Positions 38,310 to 48,005 of a DNA stretch of 64,000 nt are shown here, piece after piece (position 1 is the first letter of the stretch; each line of letters begins with the position of its first letter). Source of the DNA: Pseudomonadota bacterium. Its GTDB lineage: Bacteria > Desulfobacterota > Desulfobacteria > Desulfobacterales > RPRI01. Where the stretch lies: assembly GCA_043825875.1 (NCBI GenBank), contig JBDRRF010000103.1:32001-96000 (forward strand), read 5' to 3'. The notes under the pieces were generated by a model. The model did not search any database, was not told where the DNA came from, and worked only from the letters and a program-made list of their open reading frames with translations. The position numbers were made by a program, and so were the translations under genes.

Positions 38310-39698
38310 CTAACTATGCCGGAAACCCCGAAATGAAGCATCATTCTCCAAATAGAGTTTACGGGAAGCATCTTCGGTTTTCTTTATTTGCTCCGAGTAA
38401 TAATTATTAATTAATATAGAATTGGCTTCATATAAATTTTTATGAAACTCCGTATCGCTCAAGTTTGTAAAGTTGACTGATAGCAAATCGGAGTTCAAGT
38501 GTTTGTTTTCATAAAAATCTTCGCAATTTCTTAATAATCCAGTTTTAATAGCATGATAGTATAACGGGCACCCAGGATATGGAGTTACTGGCCGAATAGT
38601 TCTTAGCTGTGAATGATCACTATATTTTAGTAAAAAATCCACTCCAAGCTTTAAAGTTTTTTCATCATCGCCTATGTGACCAAAAATAATATTTAATCCG
38701 GGACTAATACCTGTGGCAATCGTATTTTCTATTCCAACTGTTATTTGCCGTGTAGTCAGATTTTTTTTCATTTTTCTCAACACATCCTGGTCCATTGACT
38801 CAATCCCGTAATTAATAAAAACGCATCCTGCAGCTTTCATTACTTTTAATACTTCGGGAACAGCATAGTTGAGTCTTCCATTGCAGTCCCAATTAATATC
38901 CAGATTTGCTTTTATAAAAGCTTCACAAAGTTCAACCGTTCTTTTTTTTGAACTCATAAGCAATTCATCAGAAAATGCAATATAAGATATTGCATTTTCT
39001 TTCTTTAGGATTTGAATTTCCTCAATTATGCTTTCCGCCGAACGAGGTCTGAATCCCTTATCCATTCTGTAACAGAAATTGCAGTGGAATGTACAACCTC
39101 TTCCAGATAATACCGGTATACATCGTTGACTATTTTTAATATTCGGCATCCGGAGCAAAGCATAATGATCCATCGGGAATAAATCCCAAGCAGGAAAAGG
39201 TATCCCGTTAATATCATCAATCAAAGCTCTGCGGTCAGTTTGAACAAATTTGCCGTCATCCAAATAAGCAATGCCGTTTATCGAAGCTAATGATTTTTTA
39301 CCATCTAATTGTTTTAAGAGTTCTAAAATTGTAACTTCACCTTCACCTATAACGACTGCATCGGCTTTTGTTTTTTTTAAAAAATATTCCGGCTCAGGAG
39401 CAACCAGATGACCTCCTAAAACATAAAAAGGACGATTCTTCGCAAGATTTATTGCATCGGATATTTTCAATATTTTTCTATATTGGTAATAGCCGCCACA
39501 GGCACTCACGCCAATCACATCAAATTTATTTTGATTAATGTAAGCAAGAAGATGCGATTCCGGCCAATGGTATACATCCTGATTGTAAATTGTAACATTA
39601 TGCCCTGCCTTTCTGCATACAGAAGCGAGATAGGCAATACCTTGAGGAAACCACGAGATAAAAGAATCGTTATCGTAAACAACAAAAAGAATTTTCAT
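38310..39698 (-). CDS. B12-binding radical SAM enzyme
   Basis: WFPQGIAYLA, LGGH, GEGE, GRGCTFHCNFC, YGIES, PYPG. Confidence 0.9.
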   Translation of the reverse strand: MKILFVVYDNDSFISWFPQGIAYLASVCRKAGHNVTIYNQDVYHWPESHLLAYINQNKFDVIGVSACGGYYQYRKILKISDAINLAKNRPFYVLGGHLVAPEPEYFLKKTKADAVVIGEGEVTILELLKQLDGKKSLASINGIAYLDDGKFVQTDRRALIDDINGIPFPAWDLFPMDHYALLRMPNIKNSQRCIPVLSGRGCTFHCNFCYRMDKGFRPRSAESIIEEIQILKKENAISYIAFSDELLMSSKKRTVELCEAFIKANLDINWDCNGRLNYAVPEVLKVMKAAGCVFINYGIESMDQDVLRKMKKNLTTRQITVGIENTIATGISPGLNIIFGHIGDDEKTLKLGVDFLLKYSDHSQLRTIRPVTPYPGCPLYYHAIKTGLLRNCEDFYENKHLNSDLLSVNFTNLSDTEFHKNLYEANSILINNYYSEQIKKTEDASRKLYLENDASFRGFRHS

Positions 39699-39850
39699 AG
39701 ATCACTCATCGATTAATAATTTTTTGATAGGCAGCTTATTGCTATTTCAAAGCGATATCGGCTACCGTTTATAATGTTTGTTGTTTTCTGCTCAAGCTTT
39801 TCTGTTTATTAGGATAGTAAATCTGTATTGACATCTAATATGGAAATGAA

Positions 39851-41077
39851 TCATAGTTGCTCTTCGCGCCACACAACATGACGCAATTTCCATTCTCCGT
39901 TTTCTTCTTTCCATAGATGAGGCGACCGAAACTGATCACAGAGTTCCATAAAGTGATCCGGTTTCATCTCAATATATTCCATGACTTCTTGAAAATACTT
40001 TTCGGGAAATTCACCATCAAACCGCTTTACTAAAGAAACTCCTTCTTCACGGGTCAGGTGCCTGTTTCTGATTTCCTGTGATGCGTCATAGGATGATCGA
40101 CCCAGCCCAAATTTAATAAATGCCGTATAGTAATGAAGATCATCAATCTTATCATCGATACTGTTGTATTTACTATATGTCCCTTGAGTCCTAAACGGTC
40201 TGGCTTCAAACCCCGTGTTTTCCACCGCATAATAATAAACTTCCTGAGGAGTCCATTTTAAGTAGTAACCAAGATAATGTACCTCAATATTGGATTTTTC
40301 TACTTCTTCGTATGGTGCCGGCAAGTAAGCCATCAAGTCAACCAAATCAACTCCATACTTTTCTATTAATTCTTTTATAGTAACACCACCAAGATATATG
40401 CCATCTATTTTTTTCATGCTATAATATGATTTATCACGAAGCGAAGTCGTGTTGTCTGCAATCGGATTCCCATACTCTGCTTCATTTTCACCATAGAAAA
40501 TCAGCGGAATCTTATATTTTAATGCGATTTTTGGCCCAAAATTTTTCTGCCCCAATATGAAAGTCTGAAATGGATGTAAAAGATTTTCAATAGACAATCT
40601 GGTTAACAGTTTCATAACCCGACCGTTTTGATTAAAACTAATATTATCAAACCCACCAATTTCCAACCATCTTCTGAAATTTTTATATCCGTAATCTGTA
40701 TAAATAATTGGCGCCCAGGTTATAGTTAATGGATGCATACCATATTTATATTTTAAAATGTGTGATTGAAAAGCGCTATCCTTGCCACCGCTTCCGGGGA
40801 CAATGCAATCATAGTAACCGTCGTTGCTACGGTGTTTATCTAATAATCGCAGAAGTTCTTCTTCTCTTTTTTTCCAATCAATCTTTTCTTTTTCCTCGGC
40901 ATGCTTGCAGGCATCGCAAATACCATCTTCCCCTATATTTAAAGTTGCTTTTTTACTATCAATAGTATGTTTAAATTCAACTGCCGAACCTGGTCTTTGA
41001 TTGGACATCACGCAACGTTTACAAAAAACAACTTTATCAGGAAGTCCATATTTCGTTTCTAATATTTTTCCTGTCAT
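39851..41077 (-). CDS. N-acetyl sugar amidotransferase (PtmG/PseA-like)
   Basis: CKRC...CDAC, PGSGGKDS, YGENEAEYG, GTYSKYNSIDDK. Confidence 0.88.
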   Translation of the reverse strand: MTGKILETKYGLPDKVVFCKRCVMSNQRPGSAVEFKHTIDSKKATLNIGEDGICDACKHAEEKEKIDWKKREEELLRLLDKHRSNDGYYDCIVPGSGGKDSAFQSHILKYKYGMHPLTITWAPIIYTDYGYKNFRRWLEIGGFDNISFNQNGRVMKLLTRLSIENLLHPFQTFILGQKNFGPKIALKYKIPLIFYGENEAEYGNPIADNTTSLRDKSYYSMKKIDGIYLGGVTIKELIEKYGVDLVDLMAYLPAPYEEVEKSNIEVHYLGYYLKWTPQEVYYYAVENTGFEARPFRTQGTYSKYNSIDDKIDDLHYYTAFIKFGLGRSSYDASQEIRNRHLTREEGVSLVKRFDGEFPEKYFQEVMEYIEMKPDHFMELCDQFRSPHLWKEENGEWKLRHVVWREEQL

Positions 41078-41758
41078 CTAATTCTCCACAAAATTATTAA
41101 TTTGATTCGCCCAATATCGATATATTTTTATGCCTTCTTCAGCACTTTTTTCGGGATGAAACTGTACAGCAAATATATTTCCTTTAATTACAGATGAACA
41201 ATATCGAATTCCCCCATAATCAGTTGTTGAAAGAATATTGTCGGATATGGAAGGATTTGCATAATAAGAATGCACAAAATACATGAACTCTCCATTAGCA
41301 ATTTTTTCTAATGGAGTACCTGACCACTTATATACATCTGATAAAGGATAAAATATTCGATTCCATCCAATTTGCGGAATTTTCATTCTTTCCCCATTTC
41401 TATTTGCTTCCGGAAATTTTACAACTTCTCCTTCAATAAGATTCAGCCCTTTATGTTCTCCAAATTCGTTACTACCAGAAAAAAGAATTTGCATTCCAAG
41501 GCAGACACCAAGAAATGGCCGGCCTGTTGCCGTAAAGTCCAATATTGGCTGAACTAAATCCAATCTATGCAGGTTTTTCATGGCGGCACCAAAAGCACCG
41601 ACCCCTGGCAAAATTAAAGCATCGGCATTTATAATATCGGCTGCTTTGTTTACTATCGCTGGTTTTAATCCAACGGTTTTGCAAGCATGCTCAACACTGA
41701 ACAAATTACCTGCTTCGTAATCTACTATAACAACTCTTGGCATTTCTTTTTCAGGCAA
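41078..41758 (-). CDS. hisH: HisH-like glutaminase subunit (second copy)
   Basis: ILPGVGAF, GVCLGMQ, PQIGWN, QFHPEKS. Confidence 0.88.
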   Translation of the reverse strand: MPEKEMPRVVIVDYEAGNLFSVEHACKTVGLKPAIVNKAADIINADALILPGVGAFGAAMKNLHRLDLVQPILDFTATGRPFLGVCLGMQILFSGSNEFGEHKGLNLIEGEVVKFPEANRNGERMKIPQIGWNRIFYPLSDVYKWSGTPLEKIANGEFMYFVHSYYANPSISDNILSTTDYGGIRYCSSVIKGNIFAVQFHPEKSAEEGIKIYRYWANQINNFVEN

Positions 41759-42626
41759 TATCCTGACCTTTCTTCAAATTATACCGGCAGGGAATACTTT
41801 TACTGTACAAATATTCTTTAATTTCCGGTATAGTCTTCATGTCAATTTTGGAAAAACCTCGTCTGCTTTTCAAAAACTCAACATTACCTTCTTTTTTATA
41901 GTCATCGATCATCTCTGTATTATCAATGACCTGATAATGAAGCATGGATGCAATGGCAACGGCATCTGCCTTCCCTTTTTCAAGAACCATACTAATATCT
42001 TCCAATCGTCCGCCTCCACCATGAGCAATAACAGGAATAGAAACAGCTTCAGCAACCATCTTCGTTAATCCTATATCATATCCTTGTCCCGTACCTTCCT
42101 GATTGACAGAAGTAATTACAATTTCACCAGCTCCTAGCTCCTCTACTTGTCTTGCCCAACTCAATACCTCAATACCGGTAAATTCTCTTCCATTATCGGT
42201 ATAGGCAAAATAACGCCCATTTTGTTGCTTTATAGCTTCAATCGTTACAACTATAGTGGAAGATCCAAATTCTCTGGATGCTTCTTTTATGATCCCAGGC
42301 CTTTTGATTGCTGCCGTATTTAACGAAACCTTATCAGCGCCCGCCCTAAGTATTTCACGGATATCAGCGATTGTCCGAATCCCCCCAGCTACACTAAGGG
42401 GAATAAAAATTTCTCTTGCCGTTTTCGAGATAATATCCTGTAAGCTATTGCGATTATAAAGACTGGCAACAATATCCACAAACTGCATTTCATCCGCGCC
42501 ATTCTCATAATAATACCGGGCAAATTTTTCAGGCTTACCAAGCACTCTCAAACCCTCCAGGTGGATACCTTTAACCAGATTCGGTCCTTTTATATCAAGA
42601 CGTGCAATAATTCGCTTGTTTAGCAT
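41751..42626 (-). CDS. hisF: HisF-like cyclase subunit, glycan-associated (second copy)
   Basis: RIIARLDIKGPNLVKGIHLEGLR, VASLYNR, AGGIR, IAHGGGG. Confidence 0.85.
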   Translation of the reverse strand: MLNKRIIARLDIKGPNLVKGIHLEGLRVLGKPEKFARYYYENGADEMQFVDIVASLYNRNSLQDIISKTAREIFIPLSVAGGIRTIADIREILRAGADKVSLNTAAIKRPGIIKEASREFGSSTIVVTIEAIKQQNGRYFAYTDNGREFTGIEVLSWARQVEELGAGEIVITSVNQEGTGQGYDIGLTKMVAEAVSIPVIAHGGGGRLEDISMVLEKGKADAVAIASMLHYQVIDNTEMIDDYKKEGNVEFLKSRRGFSKIDMKTIPEIKEYLYSKSIPCRYNLKKGQDIA

Positions 42627-42726
42627 ACTCAGCTTTCTTATATAAAATTATCTGCGATATTTTAATCCGATTTTTACCTTGTCCTGAATTGCACCTATAG
42701 AGGAGCAAACCTGACAGCTTTTATAA

Positions 42727-43431
42727 TCAACCAGAATCATTAGCCATCATCATTTCGGCAATTTTGAAATCTATGTTATCATCAATATCAATTGAACGTG
42801 ATTTGGGCATTATATATATATGGCTATTTTCCAAAATTATTTTTCCCTCTTTTTTTAAAAGCTCTTTCCACCAAACATATATAGATGCGTTTATATCATA
42901 AACTTTTGGCGCACTTTGCCTTGATGAAAAAGTCCCCTTTTTAGAGAGGTGTACTTTTCCATTCGGACTGATTTCTACCATGTTGAAATAGGGATTCCTA
43001 TGGGCTTCGGTTACAGAAAAAACATTATCTGCTTTTGTTCCTAGCAGCATTTCAATACTTGAATCAATGTCTTTTACCGCACGGAGAGGTGTTGTCGTAT
43101 GGAGAAGAACAAGGATGTCAAAATTATATTTTTCTTCCTCTTCCAGCCAATTGATCGCATGTAAAAGGACATCGACAGTTGCAGCTTCATCACCTGCCAG
43201 AGACTCCGGTCTTAGAAATGGAACTTCCGCACCATACTGTTTTGAGATATCAGCTATTTCCTTATCTTCTGTGGAGACAATGGTTCTATCGATGTATCGA
43301 GATTGTAAAGCATGTTCGATTGTGTAGGCAATTAGGGGCTTATCAGCCAGTTTTTTTATATTTTTTCGCGGCACACCTTTTGAGCCCCCACGGGCTGGGA
43401 TAACGCAGACGACCCTATGCTTGCTTATCAT
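42727..43431 (-). CDS. neuA: CMP-nonulosonic acid synthetase (NeuA/LegF/PtmB)
   Basis: IPARGGSKGVPRKN, VPFLRP, TTPLR, SRQ, SIDID. Confidence 0.9.
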   Translation of the reverse strand: MISKHRVVCVIPARGGSKGVPRKNIKKLADKPLIAYTIEHALQSRYIDRTIVSTEDKEIADISKQYGAEVPFLRPESLAGDEAATVDVLLHAINWLEEEEKYNFDILVLLHTTTPLRAVKDIDSSIEMLLGTKADNVFSVTEAHRNPYFNMVEISPNGKVHLSKKGTFSSRQSAPKVYDINASIYVWWKELLKKEGKIILENSHIYIMPKSRSIDIDDNIDFKIAEMMMANDSG

Positions 43432-44392
43432 GACTGTCTTCCAATAGTTCTAAGACTTTAATTCCATCATCTATGGATATTGCCGTCGTCATGTTTGATT
43501 TGAGTGTTTCAATAAAATGCTGCAATTCAACTTTATAGGTATCTTCCATCTTGAACATATTTTCTTCTGTTAATCGGATTTCACGATCAGGAATGTGAAT
43601 ATCTATCAATTTCTCAATGAAATCACAAAGAATCTCTCCTTTACTGCCAACAATTCTTATTTTTCGCTTTGCTTTACTTTGTAGGTAATCCATGTGAACG
43701 TGGCACACAAATCCATGTTCGTATTGGTAAATACCTTCAAAAATGTCTTCTGAATTTATGTCCAACTCGCTTGCTTTTGATTTTAAGGTTTTCCAAAGGA
43801 AAGGTTCCCCAAAGAGAAACCGCATATAATCGACTTCGTGCGAGAGATCAAGGGCAACACCACCACCAAATTCGGCATTTGCACTATAGGAATTTGTGTA
43901 GTTAACATTGGATCTCCAATAAGGCAGATATTGCCCTACTTCGATTTGGACAAAATATAAATTACCAAGGACTTTTTGTGTTATTTGGTCTTTGAGATAT
44001 TGAATAGCCGGAAGAAATCGTAAATTATAGGCAACAAATACCTTAGTCTGATTTTTCTGCACAATCTCTTTTAAGAAATCAACTTTTTCAAGATTAAGTG
44101 AGAGAGGTTTTTCAATAAATAAAGGGATCTTTCTTTTCGCAAGGATAATGGCGGCATCAATATGTTTATAAGTTTCATTGGCTATAATCGCAAAATCAAC
44201 TTTGTTTCGGTCAATGACAGTACCTAAATCCATGATTGAAGCATCGATAAAAGAAATTTTCTTTTCACATGTATTCTCAAAGCCACCCTTGATTTTTGTA
44301 TAAACAATGATTTCTTCAATAGTATCTATGTTTGACAGATTGAGGATATGCCTTCTTCCTATCGAACCATATCCGACAACTAAGACTTTCAT
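43415..44392 (-). CDS. Gfo/Idh/MocA oxidoreductase (PtmF/ElaA-like)
   Basis: MKVLVVGYGSIGRRH, IEKPL, YNLRF, GGGVALDLSHEVD; start ATG 44392. Confidence 0.85.
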   Translation of the reverse strand: MKVLVVGYGSIGRRHILNLSNIDTIEEIIVYTKIKGGFENTCEKKISFIDASIMDLGTVIDRNKVDFAIIANETYKHIDAAIILAKRKIPLFIEKPLSLNLEKVDFLKEIVQKNQTKVFVAYNLRFLPAIQYLKDQITQKVLGNLYFVQIEVGQYLPYWRSNVNYTNSYSANAEFGGGVALDLSHEVDYMRFLFGEPFLWKTLKSKASELDINSEDIFEGIYQYEHGFVCHVHMDYLQSKAKRKIRIVGSKGEILCDFIEKLIDIHIPDREIRLTEENMFKMEDTYKVELQHFIETLKSNMTTAISIDDGIKVLELLEDSHDKQA

Positions 44393-44414
44393 CTTGGTAA
44401 TGCCATCCTTGTAA

Positions 44415-45185
44415 TCACCAGGCCGTCCAGCCTCCATCAACTAATATGTTTTGCCCTGTTACAAAAGAAGATGCATCCGATGCAAGATAAATAACGGTTC
44501 CCACAATTTCACTTGGCTTACCCATCCGGCCCATAGGGGTCTTTTTAGAATAATTGTCAACGAAAGAGATGGTTTGATTATCATATATGCCACCGGGCGA
44601 TATCGTGTTTGCCCGTATATTATCAGCGCCGAAATAGGTGGCTATGTATTTTGTTATGGCAATGATCCCGGCCTTTATAGACGCATAGGCAACGGGCATG
44701 GTCATTTCCGATCCTTCATAGATCGAGAAATCTGGCGCCACAACTCCATAAATAGAAGCCAAGTTGATAATACTGCCCCCGCCTTGTTCTTTCATAATCA
44801 TGGCTGTTTCCTGGCACATGAGAAAATAACCGCCAAGATGATTATCAACGTTCAGTTTCCATGAGTCGAATTTTACATCTTCAAACTTTGCGCCCCAGTC
44901 CTTCGTGCGCGGATACGCACAATTGATCAAGGTGTCAATTTTTCCGCTCTCTAGGACGACCTGTTTCAAAACATCTCGTACAGAATTTTCCGAGGTAATA
45001 TCAAGATTGATGTATTTAATGTTTTGTTTAATGAGCTTTTTAGCTTCAGTTTCATTTTGATCTGCAATATAAACATTTGCTCCATATTGGGATAAACCCT
45101 GGACAATCTCTCTGCCAATGAGACCACAGCCACCCGTCACAACGGCGGTTCGGTTCTGACATGAAAACAATTTGTTGTATATCAA
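44415..45185 (-). CDS. SDR oxidoreductase (PtmA/ElaC-like)
   Basis: TGGCGLIG, INCAYPR, SIYGVVAPDF, YASIK, GQNILVDGG. Confidence 0.85.
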   Translation of the reverse strand: MIYNKLFSCQNRTAVVTGGCGLIGREIVQGLSQYGANVYIADQNETEAKKLIKQNIKYINLDITSENSVRDVLKQVVLESGKIDTLINCAYPRTKDWGAKFEDVKFDSWKLNVDNHLGGYFLMCQETAMIMKEQGGGSIINLASIYGVVAPDFSIYEGSEMTMPVAYASIKAGIIAITKYIATYFGADNIRANTISPGGIYDNQTISFVDNYSKKTPMGRMGKPSEIVGTVIYLASDASSFVTGQNILVDGGWTAW

Positions 45186-46261
45186 CTGTTAATTCCCAAA
45201 TATTTCAATGTTTTCTTATATTCATCCCATTGTCCGACATCGAGCCATCGACCCCAGCAAGGGAATACGCCAACTTTGTCTGTATTGGATAATTTAATTT
45301 TTGTTATCAATTTGTCGATGTCCATTTTTTCAATATCACCCAAATAATTGAATATTTCTGGCTCCATTACATACGAACCGGTATTTACGAACAAATCATA
45401 TTTCGGCTTTTCTAACATTTCAGCAAGGGAACCGTTGGTCATATTAAGGACACCGTAGGGTACATCAATTTCTTTGTGCGAACCGATAATGGTTAATGTG
45501 TTTTTATTTTCTTTATGCCAGGACATGAATTCACCATAATCGCCTTCAAGTAATGTGTCACAATTTGTAAAAATAAAGGTATCCTTGATTTTCCCTTTCA
45601 ATAGACAAAGTCCGCCCACTGTCCCGCAATATTCATTTTCTTCTATCAGCTCGAGTTCATAGGGTTGTTTATTCTCGCTGAAATAGAGTTTAATCATTTC
45701 TTTCTTATGGTTGATCACCAGTTTAAATTTATAAAATCCCCTTTCGTAAAAGCGATCCATAATTACTTCAACGATTGGTTTCTCACCAAGGGGAATCAGA
45801 GGTTTGGGAAGAATTTTAGTAAAAGGATCTAATCTGGTACCTCTACCTCCTGCCATGATAACCACATAGTTATCAAACAATGGGCGTTCAATCTCAGTTG
45901 GTTCAGAAGCAAGGCTCTCATACCAGGACCTAATATCTACTACCTTTCCTGAATCATCTATAACAGGTATGAATTCTATCAGGTATTCTTTCATCAGTTC
46001 ATGAGCTTTTTGTTTAGCATTTTTATCATCCAGATTAAGACTGTAAAAGTTCTTTTTCATTACCTCCGTAATATTCTCTGTTAATTCTATGCCTCGTGTT
46101 ATTCCCCGACGTATATCTCCGTCGGTCAGTGTTCCAATAAGCTTTTGGTTCTCGTCTGTTATAAAGAGAATTTTGATGCCTTTTTCAGTTAACCGCAGCA
46201 TCGCTTGCTTTATGGAGATATCTTTACCTACGAGAAATGATTTGACAGTTTCTGAATCCAT
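45182..46261 (-). CDS. ptmE: CBS-domain nucleotidyltransferase (PtmE-like GlcN(Ac)-1-P guanylyltransferase)
   Basis: N-terminal CBS pair (GTLTDGDIRR), MAGGRGTRL..PKPL, VPYG, WLDVG. Confidence 0.85.
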   Translation of the reverse strand: MDSETVKSFLVGKDISIKQAMLRLTEKGIKILFITDENQKLIGTLTDGDIRRGITRGIELTENITEVMKKNFYSLNLDDKNAKQKAHELMKEYLIEFIPVIDDSGKVVDIRSWYESLASEPTEIERPLFDNYVVIMAGGRGTRLDPFTKILPKPLIPLGEKPIVEVIMDRFYERGFYKFKLVINHKKEMIKLYFSENKQPYELELIEENEYCGTVGGLCLLKGKIKDTFIFTNCDTLLEGDYGEFMSWHKENKNTLTIIGSHKEIDVPYGVLNMTNGSLAEMLEKPKYDLFVNTGSYVMEPEIFNYLGDIEKMDIDKLITKIKLSNTDKVGVFPCWGRWLDVGQWDEYKKTLKYLGINS

Positions 46262-46266
46262 TGAGA

Positions 46267-46914
46267 TTACCTTTTTTCAACAATCCTTGCGGGCACACCG
46301 ACTACCATTACGTTTGCTGGAATATCTTTTATAACGACAGCACCAGCCCCGATGATTACACCGTCACCAACTTTGATTCCCTGAATAATTGTTGCTGCGG
46401 TTCCTATATGGGTCATATCACCAATCTGAACACCTCCTGACAGGACAGCGCCGGGGGCAATATGTACGTGCGCACCGATAATACAATCGTGATCAACGAC
46501 CGAACCAGTGTTGATAATGGTATTATTGCTTATTATACAACCTATTTGGACGATTGCACCTGCCATGATTTGGACTCCTTCGCCTAATTGCACGCCGCTT
46601 ATGATCGTCGCTGTGGGATGAATTACAGTTGCAAATGAATACCCATCTTTTTTAAATTGAAGGTAGATGTTTTTTCGCTTTTCCGTTAATGATACTGAAC
46701 CGAGTCCATTGACAAGTTCAACAGAATCAGAAGCATAGTTTTTTACCATATTATCGTTTCCAAGGATGAAAGCCCCGGCAATAGACTGACCGGTCAACGA
46801 CACATCCGAGTGAAGTATTCCGACAATTTCTCGTCGCAAGACGTTGAGCGAAGAGATCAAGACTTTGGCATGCCCACCAGCACCTATAATAATGACCGGC
46901 CGGTTTAAAATCAA
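46267..46914 (-). CDS. neuD: NeuD/PglD-type acetyltransferase (LegH role)
   Basis: IGAGGHAKV, IHPTA, VDHDC, GVPAR. Confidence 0.88.
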   Translation of the reverse strand: MILNRPVIIIGAGGHAKVLISSLNVLRREIVGILHSDVSLTGQSIAGAFILGNDNMVKNYASDSVELVNGLGSVSLTEKRKNIYLQFKKDGYSFATVIHPTATIISGVQLGEGVQIMAGAIVQIGCIISNNTIINTGSVVDHDCIIGAHVHIAPGAVLSGGVQIGDMTHIGTAATIIQGIKVGDGVIIGAGAVVIKDIPANVMVVGVPARIVEKR

Positions 46915-48005
46915 ATTAGTGTATCCCTTTCGTAATCTTTTTCCGATTTATTACCGATTAATTCCCAGTATCGCATCGGTGACAATCCTTTTCCTGGTCT
47001 TTTCATAGTGAGATTTGATGTCGAAAATATTTCACCTGAGCGAATCAGTTTCGCAGAGACTAAGCTTTTCCGGGATATATCTCTGTTTTTCAACTCTAAA
47101 GGCATGGGCACTTTATGCCCATTCCCAAGAGCTGCTTCCACATTACGTATTGCTGTAACCATAGCTTTCAATTCGTCAGGCTCCAAAGACGCCTTATGAT
47201 CCGGTCCGGGAAGATTTCGATCCAAGGTAAAATGTTTCTCGATGACAGTAGCCCCCATGGCAACCGCAGCAATAGGTATGGCAATGCCCGGCGTGTGATC
47301 GGATAGACCTACCTGAAGACCGAAGGCACTACGCATGGTACTCATTGACCGCAGATTGACTTCATCAAAAGACGCTGGGTATTCTGTCGTACAATGCAGA
47401 AGTATAACCTTTTCTTTTAAGATTTTACGTCCTGCTTCCGAACAATAGACATCCCGGAATTTTTCTAAAGAAGGCTTGTCACTGCTAAGTAAATAGCCAA
47501 ACGCTAAAACACCCAGAGCGGTTTCAACCTCTCCGAGGGAGCTCATTCCTGTCGAAAGTATAACAGGTTTTTTTGTTTTTGCTATGTACAGAAGGTAAGG
47601 CCCATTTGTAATTTCCCCGGAAGGTATTTTAAGGTGTAGAAGATCTAATTTATGAGCAAGTAAATCGATGCTATCAAAATCGAATGGTGTGGATAAAAAT
47701 TCGATGTTTTTTGATCGGCAATGTTCAATAAGTATTCGATGGGCAGGCTCATCTAGTTCCAGCTTTTTGACCATATCCAATTGGGTATCATTTTCGGTGG
47801 TCGTCTTTTTCTGGTATTCGGCTTTCGGGGCATGCTTGCTGATGACCTTATCCGCTTTGAAGGTCTGAAATTTTACGGCATCGGCATCGGCCTGTGCTGC
47901 CACATCTATAAGCTGTTTTGCCATTTCAATGTCGCCATTATGGTTCACCCCGGCTTCAGCGATAATGTAGGTGGTTTTTTTCTGATATCTTCGATCAGTT
48001 ATCAT
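46911..48005 (-). CDS. neuB: Nonulosonic (legionaminic) acid synthase NeuB/LegI
   Basis: IAEAGVNHNGD, VKFQTF, STPFD, LHCTTEYP, SDHT, IEKHFTL, SAF domain. Confidence 0.93.
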   Translation of the reverse strand: MITDRRYQKKTTYIIAEAGVNHNGDIEMAKQLIDVAAQADADAVKFQTFKADKVISKHAPKAEYQKKTTTENDTQLDMVKKLELDEPAHRILIEHCRSKNIEFLSTPFDFDSIDLLAHKLDLLHLKIPSGEITNGPYLLYIAKTKKPVILSTGMSSLGEVETALGVLAFGYLLSSDKPSLEKFRDVYCSEAGRKILKEKVILLHCTTEYPASFDEVNLRSMSTMRSAFGLQVGLSDHTPGIAIPIAAVAMGATVIEKHFTLDRNLPGPDHKASLEPDELKAMVTAIRNVEAALGNGHKVPMPLELKNRDISRKSLVSAKLIRSGEIFSTSNLTMKRPGKGLSPMRYWELIGNKSEKDYERDTLI

